From Octopus vulgaris (Eukaryota), in contig OX597815.1 of NCBI GenBank assembly GCA_951406725.2, forward strand, positions 11,594,001-11,658,000: 64,000 nt of DNA, given 5' to 3'. Every line of letters begins with the position of its first letter. Position 1 is the first letter of the stretch. The notes beneath the pieces are model-generated. The model saw nothing but the letters and a program-made list of their open reading frames with translations, was not told the origin of the DNA and did no database searches. The position numbers and the translations under genes are program-made. Below, one piece after another: positions 41,611 through 56,580 of this stretch.

Positions 41611-43789
41611 AATCTCTGAAAGGATTACCCCAAATGACCCGGTGTTAATCTGATTAAACAAATATGGAAGCATCTTAAGAAGAAATAACCTGTAAACTCC
41701 TCAAAAATTGAAAGGAAGTAATGAGTGAAGGCAGTATTGGGAGGAATGACAAACGTGTATGAACTTGTCATCAACAATTTGATCGAATCTATAACGAATC
41801 CGGAGTGATCCAAGAAATTAGTTAAGAGAGACTCTTATATTATATTAATTATTGATATAGTTTTCTTGAAGTTAGATTATTTAAATTCACGTTGTATTTT
41901 ATTTCCCTGATAAAAACGTCGGTGGTTACCGTTATAATAGAATTTAGCCGCCCCGCAAATGTGTTGTTTTCAACGTCAGTCAGAACTGACTTTTAACTGA
42001 ATGCCACAACAGAATCTGACAATCTGAATTTAATTCTATGATTGTTATTTTTGGTGCAATAGCCTTCGAAAGGCTTGACATTTAAAGGAAAGAAATTAAC
42101 CAGATTATTATCTCTTGGCTAATACTGCCGGTTCGCAGAAGATTAAAAAAATCTGCAACACTTTTCTAAAGAGCGAGCTGACAATCTTTATAAGCCTCTA
42201 ATTTAGTTGCAAAGTATATATTACCCTGTATATTTTAGTGCATCAATTCGCTATACACATGTCAGAAACAAGTGTTAAATGCAAGATAAAGAATACAGGA
42301 TAGAAATATGAGATAACAAAGGAAATGTAAACTAGAAATGTGGAAACCATTACAGAGCCCTATTGAAAGACATTACATTTCTTCCTATATGGCATTAGAA
42401 TGTCGCAAAACACCGAATCTGTGAAAATAATTGCCATCACAAACACAGTGGAATAACAATAAATATAGAATGTATTTTGCAGTTTATAAAGAAAGACTAC
42501 TGCTGCAAAATCTTACTGTGTTGTATAGAGAAAAACCCACCTCATATTGTTCTATTGATTTGGGTACAGAACTCGTGCAGTGTTGTAGAGACTACCTGCC
42601 CGAGAAATTTGAATGCCATATTTAAAATTTTAAAGACTTTCTATAATCTATGCAAATACTATTGCTTTTGCACTATGGCTTTACATTCTTATAATTATCC
42701 ACCTCCATTGGTACATTGGTTTATGCAACAAAAGATTCTTGTAGAAACATGGAACTGTTGGCGTCCTTAACAGAAGAACAGAACAGCCTGATGCGCATCT
42801 TCAATATATTAATATTGATCAGCGAAGATTTGTAAAGTACTTCAAAGAATCCTCTTTTGCTTCAACTGGAAGAACCACCCACTCATATACACGGAAACGC
42901 AATCACGCACTTACACACAGATGCATAGAGTTATAAGCACCCCCTAACTCAAGATGCAAACACACTATCACATTTAAGTACACGAAGATTCACTTTATTC
43001 ACAAAAGAAAGCTACTGTCTTAATTCACATAAGCAAGGCTTGTCAAATTCTTAGCAACTGGTTTTGTATTCTAAATAAGAAGAAAGTGAATAAGAAAGTG
43101 CATGCATAGCTGTACATGTGAATATGTTGTCAATGAAATGTATGTAACCATCGATTACAATTGCATGCATACATTACACATACGCACGTATACGCATACA
43201 TACGGACATAATAACATATTATCCGATGTCGAAGAGCGAGAAATTTCACACGCTCTCGCGAACATAGGGATATTTTGGTATGTCAGTGTGCGTGTGTGTA
43301 AAAGCGCCTACGTACAATTATCCATTTGAACGTTCGTGGGTGTTTCTGAGAGAGAATACCCAATTATGTTGCATATGCAGAGAAATGCACTCACACACAC
43401 ACATACACACACTCACACACAAACACACACACATACGCACGTGTAGACACACACATTCAGATGTATGCATATATTTATATATAATGCATTATGTACATCC
43501 ATCCATCTATCATCAAGCCATCCATCTCTCTCTAATTATAAATTATATATATATATATATTTCATACATGTATGTATTTGTACACACACAGGCAAATACA
43601 CACACACACACCCACACACATGTATATACATACAGATGCACACATATTATGATATAGTGTGAGATAATATGATATATGATATGATATCATATAAGATGCT
43701 TATATTCAAAAGGATGGAGAGCTGATACTACAATGTTTTACTTTCATTTTCAATCGTCATGAAAATTTCCTTTGTCTCTGCTGGCTACG

Positions 43790-45230
43790 CCAAATTTTAC
43801 TTCTCAAATACCATCGCACAATGAAACACATGATGAATTTCTACAAGTTCTGAATACCAAACAATTAAAGTACAACCTACCACCAGCTAGCGCAAGAGAT
43901 GAAGTAATAGTTTGCAGATAAAACGTGGGAATCACCATTAACTAGTTGCATTTGAAGACACTGTTTTTGCAACATATAGAGACACCTAAGGATTAATATT
44001 CCCACGAACGAAAACACCTCAGAAATTCAAATGTGAACGATAAATGAATAATATCTGGTAGATGAGTAGGATTATCAAAAAAGAAATGAAGCGTACACCA
44101 AAATCCTAGATTCAAGGACTAGAGAATCTTTGGAAAAGCCGGAAAGCAATTCATAGTGCATTCCGCATAACGGAATCAGGGAAAAAAATGAGAAATTGAA
44201 AGCCCCAAATCGAGTCTTCAGAAACCCATCACTGTTTACCAGGAAACTAACTGAATGACTAAAGTCTAGGATAATCAGAGAAGACAAAGAAACTCTTCAT
44301 CAGCATCTTTAAAAAGCTTGGTCTCCGTTTCTCTTGTAGAAAGGTGTTATTTGTGACCCAAGACCTTGCATGGTCAGCAGTGCCAGAAAAAATGTTCAAC
44401 GACAAACCACCAACACTGAGTATAGTTAGAAAGTGATTCATGTAGCCGGAAACAAATCATAGCCGGGACCAAACGGAATGTCTTTCCTGGTGGATAAGAA
44501 ATGCTCCAATATTCTCGTGTGACTTCAAAAACCTGCTAAGATAAATGTATAGTAGCTGATGGAGTACATATCACGGAAGAACAGCGATTATGTAGCACCA
44601 ATCAGTTCAAAGCAATGCCACATCACAACATTGATGGGGAAATCTCCGTCATGGTTGAATGGCTTCAAGGTTTAAAAGACACCTCACAACTAATAAATAG
44701 TTGTATATACCCGTCGATAAGGGATGTATCCAAAGAATATTTGGATGCAAAAACTACAAATCTAGGATTTAGGGTGCAATACAGTGAGCCAGGGTAGATA
44801 AAAGCGACATCGATATCATATGGATCTATCTGTCACATGTCTATAAATAAGATCCGCACAAGAGAGTTCAACTGCATCTCGTGATCTATCCTTCCCGAAG
44901 AACATTCAAGAATCCTGAAAGGGTCTTACATAGTTTCTCAATTAGATCCTCTACAAATGATTTCACAAAAGTCTGCATCAACGTAGAACTTCAAATCTGA
45001 TGAACTATTCTTAATAGCTTGGAGCGTTTTCGAAAAGTAAACTAATCGACTTTCTCACAATCCCATAGCTACACTGATAGCCACGGTAGTCAACTTGAAT
45101 AAGAACTGAATAAAGGCCATTTAGTACGATCATATCAACAATTCTGATCCTACTTTCAAACAGTCATCGAAGCTGAAGGTAGAATGTAATGAAATTACAA
45201 CAAAGTTTATGGAGATCATGTGCACAATTT
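43790..45230 (+). mobile_element. Decayed RLE-class non-LTR retrotransposon (HERO/R2-like) RT region
   Basis: Ordered frame-broken motifs RVFRNPSLFTRKL, KS*PGPNGMSFLVDKKC, VADGVHI, NQFKAMPHHNIDGEI, IDIIWIYL resemble SAPGPNG..Y.VYK.C / QFRPISLLNVEGKI / VWLDL; boundaries approximate. Confidence 0.6.
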
Positions 45231-45318
45231 CTTATGAAAATTCATTTTGCTATTGTTAGATTACACTTGTTTATTCATTTATCAAACATGTCCTCAAATA
45301 CCTCTGCGCCTTTTATAG

Positions 45319-45367
<49 letters not shown>

Positions 45368-45382
45368 TATATATATATATAA

Positions 45383-45420
<38 letters not shown>

Positions 45421-45928
45421 CTCTCTCTCTCTCTCTCTGTGCGTGTGTGTGTGTGCATATGCATGTACGCTTGCGTGTCTGTATTTGCGTATGCATATCC
45501 AAATACATATTCCCAATATAAATTTTTGAAAAAAATATACAAGAATACTAAAATCATTCGTGAACATTAAATAATTTTGAAAGCATCGGTAACTAAATAC
45601 AATATTTGGTTTTTAAGTAAATATTCGGTAAGGGAAGATAATTATTGTTATTGCTTACAGCGCTTACTCTGTTATTGCTATAGTATATCAAGTACTTTTG
45701 TGGTTGTTGCGAATGTTTCTTTGGTGGTGTTTCCCTTGTTCATTATATATCTGACATTTATTCTCGGAGATATTCTTATTGTTTTATGGTGTTTGTTTAC
45801 GCGGTTTTTTTCGCTCTTCCTTTATATCGTTTATTAAATAATCTTTTTGTTCCTTTGAATATATCTTCACTGTAATAGGTTTGCTCTCAGAGTCAATAAT
45901 AGCCATATTGGCGTTCCTGTTGTTGAAA

Positions 45929-46322
45929 TCTTTATATATAAATGTAAGGTTGTGTGTCTGTCTCCTACGATTTAGATTCCTAACTACTCCCACATTTTGC
46001 GGTGCAGTTTAACCAAAACTGGGTATCTTATAGTCGTGATTCATATCGAGCCCTTCTGGGTATTAGCGTGCGTCTACCATGAGTCTACGGTTTAAAAAAA
46101 ATTTACCATCAATTTTTCCCATTTTTTAATGCATTTTTCGCATATATAAGGGGAGTAACTCTCTAAAAATTTATTATTAAATCTCAGAACGTAAAAAGCT
46201 TCAGAAACACCCCTTCCTTTGTGGTTAGCCATATTGAGATGGCTATTATGCTTAACATCTCTAAAAATGCTTATTTAGTTATTTCCATTACAAACCCGAG
46301 CAACGCCGGGCGATACTGCTAG
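45929..46322 (+). mobile_element. Non-autonomous Helitron, copy 2
   Basis: a|TCtttatatataaa...cccgagcaacgccggg cgatactgCTAG|t. Confidence 0.9.
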
Positions 46323-46570
46323 TAGTTAATAAATTAGAATGCGATTAAAATATCAGAATCGGAAGAGAAGGATATAAAATACACTGTACATTTTTCAACG
46401 TACGCAGTGTGCTTGCACCATTTCCTTCTTTTGTCCTTTCATTCGTTTAACCTCCTTTGTTATCATTCTTTGTCTTTCGATCTCATTTCTTCGCTTGTTT
46501 CTTCACTATTTTTCACTAAATAATATCTTAAAACTAAGACATGATTTAAGATGTTACTCGGCTAGTATAT

Positions 46571-47253
46571 CTTATTTTTTACTGCCCACAAAGGGCTAGA
46601 CACAGAGGGGACAAACAAGAACAGACAAACGGATTAAGTTGATCACATCGGTCCCAGTACGTAACTAGTACTTAATTTATCGACCCCGATAGGATGAAAG
46701 GCAAAGTCGACTTCGGCGGAATTTGAACTAAGAACGTAACGCAGACGAAATACGGCTACGCATTTCACCTGGCGTGCTAACGTGTCTGCCAGCTCGCCGC
46801 TGTTTAACAGACGAAATACCTATTTCTTTACTACTCACAAGGGGCTAAACACAAAGGAACCAAACGAGGACAGACACACGGGTTAAGCCGATTACATCGA
46901 CCCCAGTTCGTAACTGGTACGTATTTAATCGACCCCGAAAGGATAAAAGCAAAGTCGACCTCGGCGGAATTTGAACTCAGAACGTAGCGGCAGACGAAAT
47001 GCCGTTAAGCATTTCGCCCGGTGTGCTAACGTTTCTGCCAGCGCGCTGCCTTGAAAATTATAAATATTGATTTCTACTCAAAGCACAAGGCCCGAATTTT
47101 TTTAGGAGAGGAAGCCAATCGATTAGATCGACCCCAGTATGCAACTGGTACTTAATTTATCGAAGCCGAAAAGGGGGAAAGGCAAAGTCGACCTCGTCAG
47201 AATTTGAACTCAGAACCTAATGACAGACGAAATACGGCTAAGTATTTCGCCCG
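46571..47253 (-). mobile_element. Three stacked SINE family A copies (46571-46800, 46808-47050, 47066-47253)
   Basis: Three successive aaagtcgac(c/t)tcg(g/t)c(g/a)gaatttgaact motifs with their own tails. Confidence 0.92.
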
Positions 47254-49672
47254 ACAAGAAAAGAGTCATGCATTATTAATTAGTGTTTTTGATGAAGTTG
47301 CCTGTGATAGATTCAGGATAACCAATGTTTGGAGTAAGAATCTTGTAGAGCAATGTAAATCTTACAATTTCACTGAAGGAATTTGGAAAATTTTAGTCTG
47401 CCCTGAAGAAGTGGGATTTTGCAATGCTTCTTCAAGACAATTCCCGAATCTGATCATACAAGTGAATGCTAACGAAGCAAATGCAGAAGCAAGCTTCACA
47501 GAAAGTGTCCTATCTGTAGCAAAATGCATACAAACACATGGACTAAGATGGTGATTAGGTGTCCAGGGTTGTATACTCTAGAATTTAAAAAACTAAATAC
47601 CACAAACATTAAATTAAGCTAATTCCTACTACATCATTCTTAAACTTTGAAAGAGGCAACAAATAAACATCATTCGATTTTCTCTCATTCGGACACGATG
47701 CCGGAAGGCTATATTTCCGTTCCAATATTATCAGCAATACGGGTGTTCCCATCACAGCTGTTGCAAAGAAAAAATGATACTCAATGTGGTGAAGTTGTGA
47801 ATGTGTGCGAATGTGTTCCCAACAAATTGTTTCCTTAACTTACTAGAGTGAAGATGCAATTCACTTTACTGAGATGGATAAATATATTAATTTTATCGAC
47901 ATGCACCCTTATCATAATACCAATGTCTCTGAAGAGCACCCAGAAGTAAACTATATTTTTTAGTTGTAGGTTATATATAGGTTATATATACACTAAGTTT
48001 CGTGAGTTATATATAGGTTATATATACACCATGATCTTTAAACCACTTTCGGTTGTGTTTGATGATACTTTATATATACTACAGCATGAAGTGTCAGTAA
48101 AGAGTAACTAATAATCAACTCTATATGTAACAAATAATCAACTCAAAATATAATGAAATACCGAAAGAAAAAATGTTGGACAAGTAATGACTTGATATTA
48201 AAACGTGAAAATTTTAACGAATATCATGTCACTATGTAAGACACTTTAAACACGTAGTTCTTCTAAGTTTAATATTAATAGTAGTGATTTCTTATATTCC
48301 ACTGTGTTTATTTTTATTAAAAAGAGAGTTTGCAATATATTTGAAATTGTGTTCGAAGTTCAAATTAATAAAAGATGCGCGGAAAGCGAAAAAAAGTGTA
48401 GTTAACTTGCAACATATATGAATTGACAAATGTGTGCAACTTGGAACCTGTCACTCCTACCTTTTCCCATATCATTCCTTATACATGCCCTCTTGCATCA
48501 GCTTCTCCTGATATAATATCCATTATTTGATACATTTTCTAGAGTCACCCATATTTTGAGAAGATCACTGTTGAAGAACACTTTTCTCTCCTTTCTCACA
48601 TTTCTTTCCATGTGAAACAGAAAAGTGGCTCACCATTCATCGCACTGTCTATTTTACTCAAGCACAGATGAACCCTACTCACGTGACTTTATTAAAAGAA
48701 GGCTAGGGGCCGGTTTTCAATGTGAGTTTAGCAAATAAGGTGAAACACTGTGCATGAAATAACAGTGGTTCGGCATAGTTTCCCAGCTCAGTAGTGCTCA
48801 TGTATTGCAGCAGTGAGTGCATAAGACGTCTGTGGATCTGCTTGCATGACGGACAGTTCTGCGCGACAATTCGGCACCTGTAGATATCTCTCGTACCCGT
48901 AGTGCCACAAGATATTTCTTTCATGAGTGACATTTAGTGACAACAGTGGCCACTGGAGCAGCGGTAACAGCGACATTAACAGCACTAGACAAATTACATG
49001 TAAAAAAAAAAAAGAATCCTTCACACCATTCACAACACTGTTACTACTTGGAAAAATTTCAAGACAAAAAAATCGGTTCCTTTCTCGACATAAATGGTCA
49101 ACTTCACTGGAGCTGGATAACAAGAGACTCCAAATTTCGAACTATTATGACAAATTAGGAGCATATTTCTTGAGTACCCATATTTGTTTGAGCATATTTG
49201 TTTGAGTAACGTAAGGATACTCAAACTAAAGATATTATCGCTATCGTAAATATCTTTAAAAAAATTCTGGTTTAATATATTTTCGACACTATCCTATCTG
49301 TCCGTATAATTACTATTTAGACTCTTTTTCTTACAAACAGATTATCATATTTGAAAATCCTAGCAGAGGAGGCTTTTAAGGTTTTTGACTTGACATCACC
49401 TTAGGGTGAACTTTTTTCTGTTACCATTGATACAGCCATTTTAAATGCGAACAATGTGATAGATTCTCTCTCGTAGAATATACAATGTCAAAAGAAAATG
49501 TCAAGACAAAATGTTTCAGTTCCAGGAAAATTTTCTTGTGGCTCACATTAACGGTAGTTAAAAATATAAAAGGAATGAAACACTTTCTGCAATAAAATGA
49601 TGTAAAATCAAATATTGTTGGTAGAACTATTGACAGAGGCGGTTAACAACAAAAAGAAAAGTTGCACAAGTA

Positions 49673-50206
<534 letters not shown>

Positions 50207-50725
50207 AAGAAGGAACACGAAGAAGAGAAACATGAAGAAGAGGACGAATAATAAGACGAAGAACAAAAAACAGCAATAGATAGATAAATAAATAGATAGA
50301 TAGCTGAATAGATAGATTGACAGAAATACATTTAAAGATATAAAATAGGTAATTAGATGGAGAGGAATACGTTTGAAGAAATAAGCGGGAAAATATTATA
50401 GTTGGACAGTTATTTGTCAGTAATTTGACTGGTGCATTAAGGAATTGTAGGATATCTCTTACCTTCATAGAACATATCGTGCTTCATGGAACAGTCTGAA
50501 CGCTAGAATGAAAAAAAGAAAGAATGCACCATTAGAACAAAATGTAATGGCGAGAAAAAAAAATTATGTATATATATATATATATATATATATGTTTACA
50601 TCTATATAAATTTATACATACGTATCTAACTGCTTTTGCTCTTTCACTGTATATATGAGACCGCGTGTGTACCGTTGGCGATTTTTTTCCTCCGTCTTCC
50701 CTTCTTTATTTTTTCCTTTTTCTAT

Positions 50726-50760
50726 GTTTCTGACGAAGAGCTTCGCTCGAAACGTTGAAC
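50726..50760 (+). ncRNA. Minimal type-I hammerhead ribozyme motif within a ~200-bp cassette (50657-50858)
   Basis: GTTT CTGACGA A GAGC TTC GCTC GAAAC GTT| GAAC; intact core with extra A after A9, palindromic AACGTT; downstream ttcctgagcgt shared with the 5329/37845 family. Confidence 0.75.
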
Positions 50761-50855
50761 CTTCCTGCTTCCCCTCCTTCCTGAGCGTCCAATAATACTA
50801 TATTTGTTCCACGTCCTTGCGTTGTTGTGTTTTCTCTATGTGTTTTCATGTTTGG

Positions 50856-50888
<33 letters not shown>

Positions 50889-50889
50889 A

Positions 50890-50952
<63 letters not shown>

Positions 50953-51463
50953 ATATATATATATACGACGAATATTTTCAAAATTACAGCCAGCGAATAT
51001 AGTTAATGCACAAAACTGCCATTTTGCTCCCCACCAACAAAACACCACCACGTGGACTCTGTTGAGACTAGTAAGAAACAATTATGAACTTTTTTATTAC
51101 ACTTAACTTTTAAAAATATTTTTTATAGGGTTCGTTTTTTCATGAGGGGCCCAAACATGTAAAATCTCTAAGAAAATCAAAATACATATATATACAGAGA
51201 AAGAGAGGGACAACAGTTAGATACATATGTATGTCTATCTATATAGGCAACATAGACAATGGGGTCAATTTATCCATGGTAAGAATATTGGGAACGTTCC
51301 AGCACTGCCACGAAATCCTTTCACAGAAAGAAGTGAAAGGAAGAAATGTTCAATTATGTACGCAAATACACATCAAGTCACAGACATCGCACACGCATAT
51401 AGTTACGCACGAATACACATACATGCATTCATACAAACACACACACACATATATGTATGTAAG

Positions 51464-51496
<33 letters not shown>

Positions 51497-51818
51497 ATGT
51501 GTGTGTGTGCGCGTGTGTGTATGTGTGTGTGTGCATACATAAATGTGTATATATACTTTAGAGCTGAATCTCTTCTGTCATCATGATGTTATGATGTCCT
51601 GCATATCTGACGAAATAGTATTTTTATTGCTTTAATTCATTTTACAGAAATTACGTTGCATGATGCTGAGCATTCATATAAATGCAAGCGTGTAATCATA
51701 GTTTCTTTCACACTGAAAGCATTATTATACGAAGGAGTTGTTGCGAAACAGCTGTAGTCCTAAGGATTTCCAGTCGCTAGATAAATATATTCACTACTCA
51801 TACCACCTGAAATTTTAT

Positions 51819-51936
<118 letters not shown>

Positions 51937-52603
51937 TATGTGTATGTGTGTATGTGTGTGTGTATGAATGTGTTTCTTCATAGATGCCACAATTTCTGCA
52001 ACCTCTACATTTTTCTATGTGAATATACGAAAGATAGATAGATAGAGAGAGACATGCAGACAGAGAAAGAGAAAGAAAGCGAAAGAGACAAAGAGAGAAA
52101 CAAGGAGAAAGAGAAGAAGTGAGAGTTAAATTGGGTAGACACAGAGAGAAGCAGAAACATCTTCAGTGTTATTCCATTTCAATTCTCTGGCTTACTGCAT
52201 ATATTTCTATTACTGGAAATAAATGCTATAACTCTCATTTCCACGAAATGGCAAGTAATTGCATATAGAGCATTTCGTTCACCATTTACACACACAGAAC
52301 TAGAATTCGGCACACTTACACTAAACAACCCCATCTACACAAATTTACTAATTTCGTGACAGTGAACGCTGTTGCGGTTTCATAAAGTAGTTTTGTGAGT
52401 TTTTAACAACGATGACATAGAACTTGCACTCCTGGACACATATATCATTGTAGTGTTCTTGTAGCCATGCCTACGAATTTATATCAATATGCATGCATGC
52501 ATGCATACATTTATACATACATACATACATACATACATACATACATACATACATACATACATACATACGTACGTACATACATACATGCATACATACATAC
52601 ATC

Positions 52604-54140
52604 GTGAGTGCAACACTCCGACCAATAGGTCAAGCGTTCTCATTTATATATAACTGAAGAGATGAATGAAACAAATAAAATAATGCATATAATTATATAT
52701 ATATTTCTGTGTGTAAAGTATAAGTTTTAGACAAAAACCATGGGATTCATATCTCGCGTGAAATAGGCATATCTTCTATTTCTCTAGAGGAGAAGTGTTC
52801 TCTGCAAATAAGGTTTTCAAAAACACAAGTATGTCGGTGATAGGTGAAGAAATATTCCTCTGAAAAAATAATTACAGCCGGGCGAGTTGTCTTCCTTCGC
52901 TTGATAGCTTGCTTTTCCAATTTTGAAGTAAAAATTTCCGAAAATGTGGACAACTCCCCACGGCTTCCGTCCAGGATTTCCGGTAGCCCTCAGGCTCATG
53001 TGTGTTCCAGTGGATTATTTTTATGTCATACACAATTGTTCCATTGCGATAATGTCCATAATTTTCTAGTAATTTCCACTTGATGCCAAAGGGGGTATGA
53101 TCGTCTTTTAGGCGCCATACGTATGCTGCGAGTGTCGATGTGTTGCGTCTCTCCGGAACCCTGAAAGAAGATCTGTGGTTGTTCAGGCGAATTTTACATT
53201 TGAATTCAGAAAATCCGACATAAATTTTAGTGTGTGTCCCTGTGTGGGCATGGATGTTACTGATATGTGTGCTGCTTCTGTTTGAGGCTACCTTTGCTTG
53301 GTACCCCGTAGCCTCGGTGTTCATTTCTAATCCTGCATGAACAACTTACCTCTGTCTGTGGTTTAGGAGGGCTAAGTCATGTTTTGTTAACATCGGATGC
53401 ACAACAGAAAGAGATCCTTAAATTATGTCTGTTAAAGATCTTTCTATATTTGTGTGATTGCGTGAAATGCTTATCAACCAATCTAAGAAAAATCTAACAT
53501 ACGCATGTCCGGATGTTTAAAGAGAAGTGGGAGAGCGAACCATAAGGTCTTGCGATGGCGTTTCCTTTTATAGCTGCTCGATCCTGGTGTATATACTATA
53601 TGGTCCTTGAACCTGCTGGCAGCTAGCAACTCATTGTAAGCGGGAGCCGCTTCTTGGAAAATAGTTTTATTTGAAGATGAGATAGAAATCCGATTAATGA
53701 GACCTTTTATTAGGTTTTTGAACGCTATGGGTGAGTGGCAGGAGGGTGTATTAATGTAGGATAGCCTATCATTCGGTTTGTGGTTTGGTCTAAATCAACC
53801 GTGACATCCAAGAAGTTCAGCACGGTGAGGTTAGTCTCTATGGTGATTTTAAGACCAATGCCCCGCCTCGCAACGTCGAAGGAATCTTCAGGGTCAGATC
53901 ATTTGACCTAGGTTGAAACCTGGTTGAAGAGCACCTTTTTGCTAGCGTGCATAATTATATCTATTTTTCTATCACTTAGGTCGGTAACTCGTCTAGCATA
54001 TGCAAATGTTCTATCAAGTAACATTTTTGATATCGATGGATAAAAGTAAACTATATCAAATTGTAAGAACTTAGCTCTAAATGTGCTTCATTTGGTTTCA
54101 AACCAATGTAGCACCTTGTAATTGTCGATAGCCTGCCGCT
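52604..54140 (-). mobile_element. Penelope-like element relic (RT + GIY-YIG endonuclease), frameshifted, with internal deletion
   Basis: Minus strand KFLQFDIVYFYPSI, GLKITIETNLTVLNFLDVTVDL, HKYRKIFNRHNLRISF, YQAKV...IYVG...RLNNHRSSF...TLAAYVWRLK...IKWKLL; left boundary approximate. Confidence 0.9.
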
Positions 54141-54299
54141 TATACCCACTTGACCAGGCGTGTATGATAAACTATGTCGTATATGATGAAGAAGCAACAG
54201 CAACGCCATACGATAACCACACCCGAAAGAAGAATTAGATCGGGTTATGCAAAGGCGTCTTCTAAAGATGTTATACTAACCGCCCATCTTTTTTTGCTA

Positions 54300-54478
54300 G
54301 TATTTATCCTTCACCATTTTTTGACAACCGATGCTAGTGTGTTTACATCTCTGTAATTAGCAGTTCTTTAAAAAGCGAGCGGTGGAATAAGTATCAGGCT
54401 CTAACAAAATAAGTACTTGTGTCGATCCATTTGTCCCAGCATGGCCCAAACCTAATTGCTGGAACAAGTAATAGAATA
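54300..54478 (+). mobile_element. SINE family B 3' fragment, old
   Basis: ttgacaaccgatgctagtgtgtttac...ccagcatggcc...aacaagtaa. Confidence 0.75.
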
Positions 54479-54522
54479 TGTGTGTGTTTGTGTGTGTGAG
54501 TGTATGCCTGTGTATAAATACA

Positions 54523-54752
54523 TATTTCTTTACTACCCACAAGGGGCTAAACAATGAGGGGACAAACAAGGAGAGGCAAACGGATTGAGTCGATTACATC
54601 GACCCCAGTGCGTTACTGGTACTTATTTAATCGACCCCGAAAGGATGAAAGGCAAAGTCGACCACGGCGGAATTTGAACTCAGAACGTAACGGTAGACGA
54701 AACACGGCTACGCATTTCGCCAGGCATGTTAACCTTTCTGCTAGCTCGTCGC
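54523..54752 (-). mobile_element. SINE family A, full length
   Basis: Reverse complement of 41384-41610. Confidence 0.93.
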
Positions 54753-55543
54753 TTTAGTGTGTATATAAATACAAAGAGAGACAGATACACAACGCACTGC
54801 GCACACACACTTATATACATGTGTGTGTTCTCTGCGTGTTTTTCTATGAGTATGTGTATTTGTGCGTGTGTTGTTTGTTTTGTGTCGTCGTGCCTCTGTG
54901 TATTGATATGTACCTGAATGTAGAATGAAAGTTATTACTCAGCTTATCCATCATTATCTCATGTCGATAAACAAATATTACACACGGGAAAGAATTATTG
55001 CCCGGTTATATTTAGTGAAATGTTGCATAATATGTACGTTAATATGAACGAAATACAACACAATTCCAACTAAAAAAAAAAGAAAATATGACAGATTGTA
55101 TTGTGACTGAGTCTACGCTCTATAATTTTGACTATGTAGATACCGAATTAATTTTGAAATAATAACAATAGAAAATCTTCCCATTTCTCCCTCATTTCTT
55201 ATTCAGTATTGGTAACACTTTGCTTACATTTCGTATATAATTATTCCCTCCTGGCTTTTATATTCTCAGCTTAGTTGCTGACTAATTGGAAATAGAAAAT
55301 AAAAGAAAATAAAAACTAAAAAAAAAAAATAGACGCATTAGGAGAAATCTTAGCCATTCAGATTTCAATATTTATCTTAAAGTTTTTAGATACAGGGCAA
55401 AACGTACATGAAATAAGGAGGTAAATAAATATATTTATACTGGTTTACATCATCTACGTTATTTTAGTCATATCTTGCCCCTGAATTTTCTTTTTAGTTA
55501 TAGAGTGTCGAAGGTATGTTGCAGAGGCTCGATGCTCTTTACT

Positions 55544-55940
55544 GGAATGGAATGGAAGCAATCCGTCGGTTACGATGATGAGGGTTCCGGTTGATCCGAA
55601 TCAACGGAAGAGCCTGCTCGTGAAATGAACGTGTAAATGACTGAGTACTCTACAGACACGTGCACCCTTAACGTAGTTCTCAGGGATATTGAGCGTTACA
55701 CAGAGAGTGACAAGGCCGGTCCCTTTAAATACAGGTACAACAGAAGCAGGAAGTAAGAGTGAGAGAAAGTTGTGGTGAAACAGTACAGCAGGGATCGCCA
55801 CCAACCCCCTGCCGGAGCCACGTGGAGCTTTTTAGGTGTTTTCGCTCAATAAACATTCACAACGCCTGGTCTGGGAATCGAAACCGCGATCCTATGACCT
55901 CGAGTCCGCTGCCCTAACCACTGGGCCATTGCGCCTCCAC
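55544..55940 (-). mobile_element. SINE family C (OR1-like), full length, tRNA-derived head, (TTCCA)n tail
   Basis: Box A tggcccagtgg, box B ggtttcgattccc on the minus strand; imperfect TSD cgatgctctttact / cgaagctgtttact (12/14). Confidence 0.93.
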
Positions 55941-56259
55941 CGAAGCTGTTTACTACCTAAGTCTGTATTTTCCTATATGTGAAAACAGCTACATTATACT
56001 TCAGTTAAGAAAAATGGCAACCGAAATCTAGAAAAAGCTTTCCCACCATGCACCACTGGGAAATATTTCTCGTGAACGATCACATTAAAAAGGTATCTTT
56101 AATATATTCCGACTATAATGATTAGGTAATGCTTTCTGTTCTCCAACTGAATTTGGTGTATAATTTTTTCACCCATGATGAAGACGTTAATGGGAACAAA
56201 TAGATGTTCTCTAGTTTCACCTGAGAATCAAGCCAGAAATATATTAATAGATTGGCTTG

Positions 56260-56580
56260 CAGATATGTTGACGAAAGTAAGAAAACGTGTGAGGGAAACT
56301 GGAAGCCATATAAAATGTGATTGGTGAACCTCAAAACAAGGAATTGATGATATGTTAGTGTGTGAAATTTTCTGAGTATTAGTGTTTTATATATGTAGAT
56401 ACGTAGAGAAAGGCCAGTGTTGAAAGGCTGCAGATTCATGTGAAGGTTTACTACATTACGACTGCAATCAGAAGTCGTAAAATGTTGTGTGGGAGAGTTG
56501 AATATATTGAGTATATGGTGAGTGGATTCTATGATTAATATACGTGAAGTCTGAAAAATACATAGTAATTGTCTCAAGAA
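56260..56580 (+). mobile_element. Possible very old RTE LINE 3' remnant
   Basis: Purine-rich, with frame-broken pieces loosely like VL.YGSETW / RL..E; weak. Confidence 0.25.

Noticed and set aside
42222-42245. taccctgta resembling the miR-10 5' end (also tacccgtag near 48895)
   Set aside because: Match stops after ~9 nt and no precursor hairpin is evident
48787-48883. Plus-strand peptide MYCSSECIRRLWICLHDGQFC resembling a MYND finger half
   Set aside because: In-frame stops immediately upstream and downstream, wrong W/H/C spacing, first half of the finger absent
55865-55940. tRNA-like sequences here and at ~33615-33685
   Set aside because: SINE heads continuous with SINE bodies and TSDs, not tRNA genes
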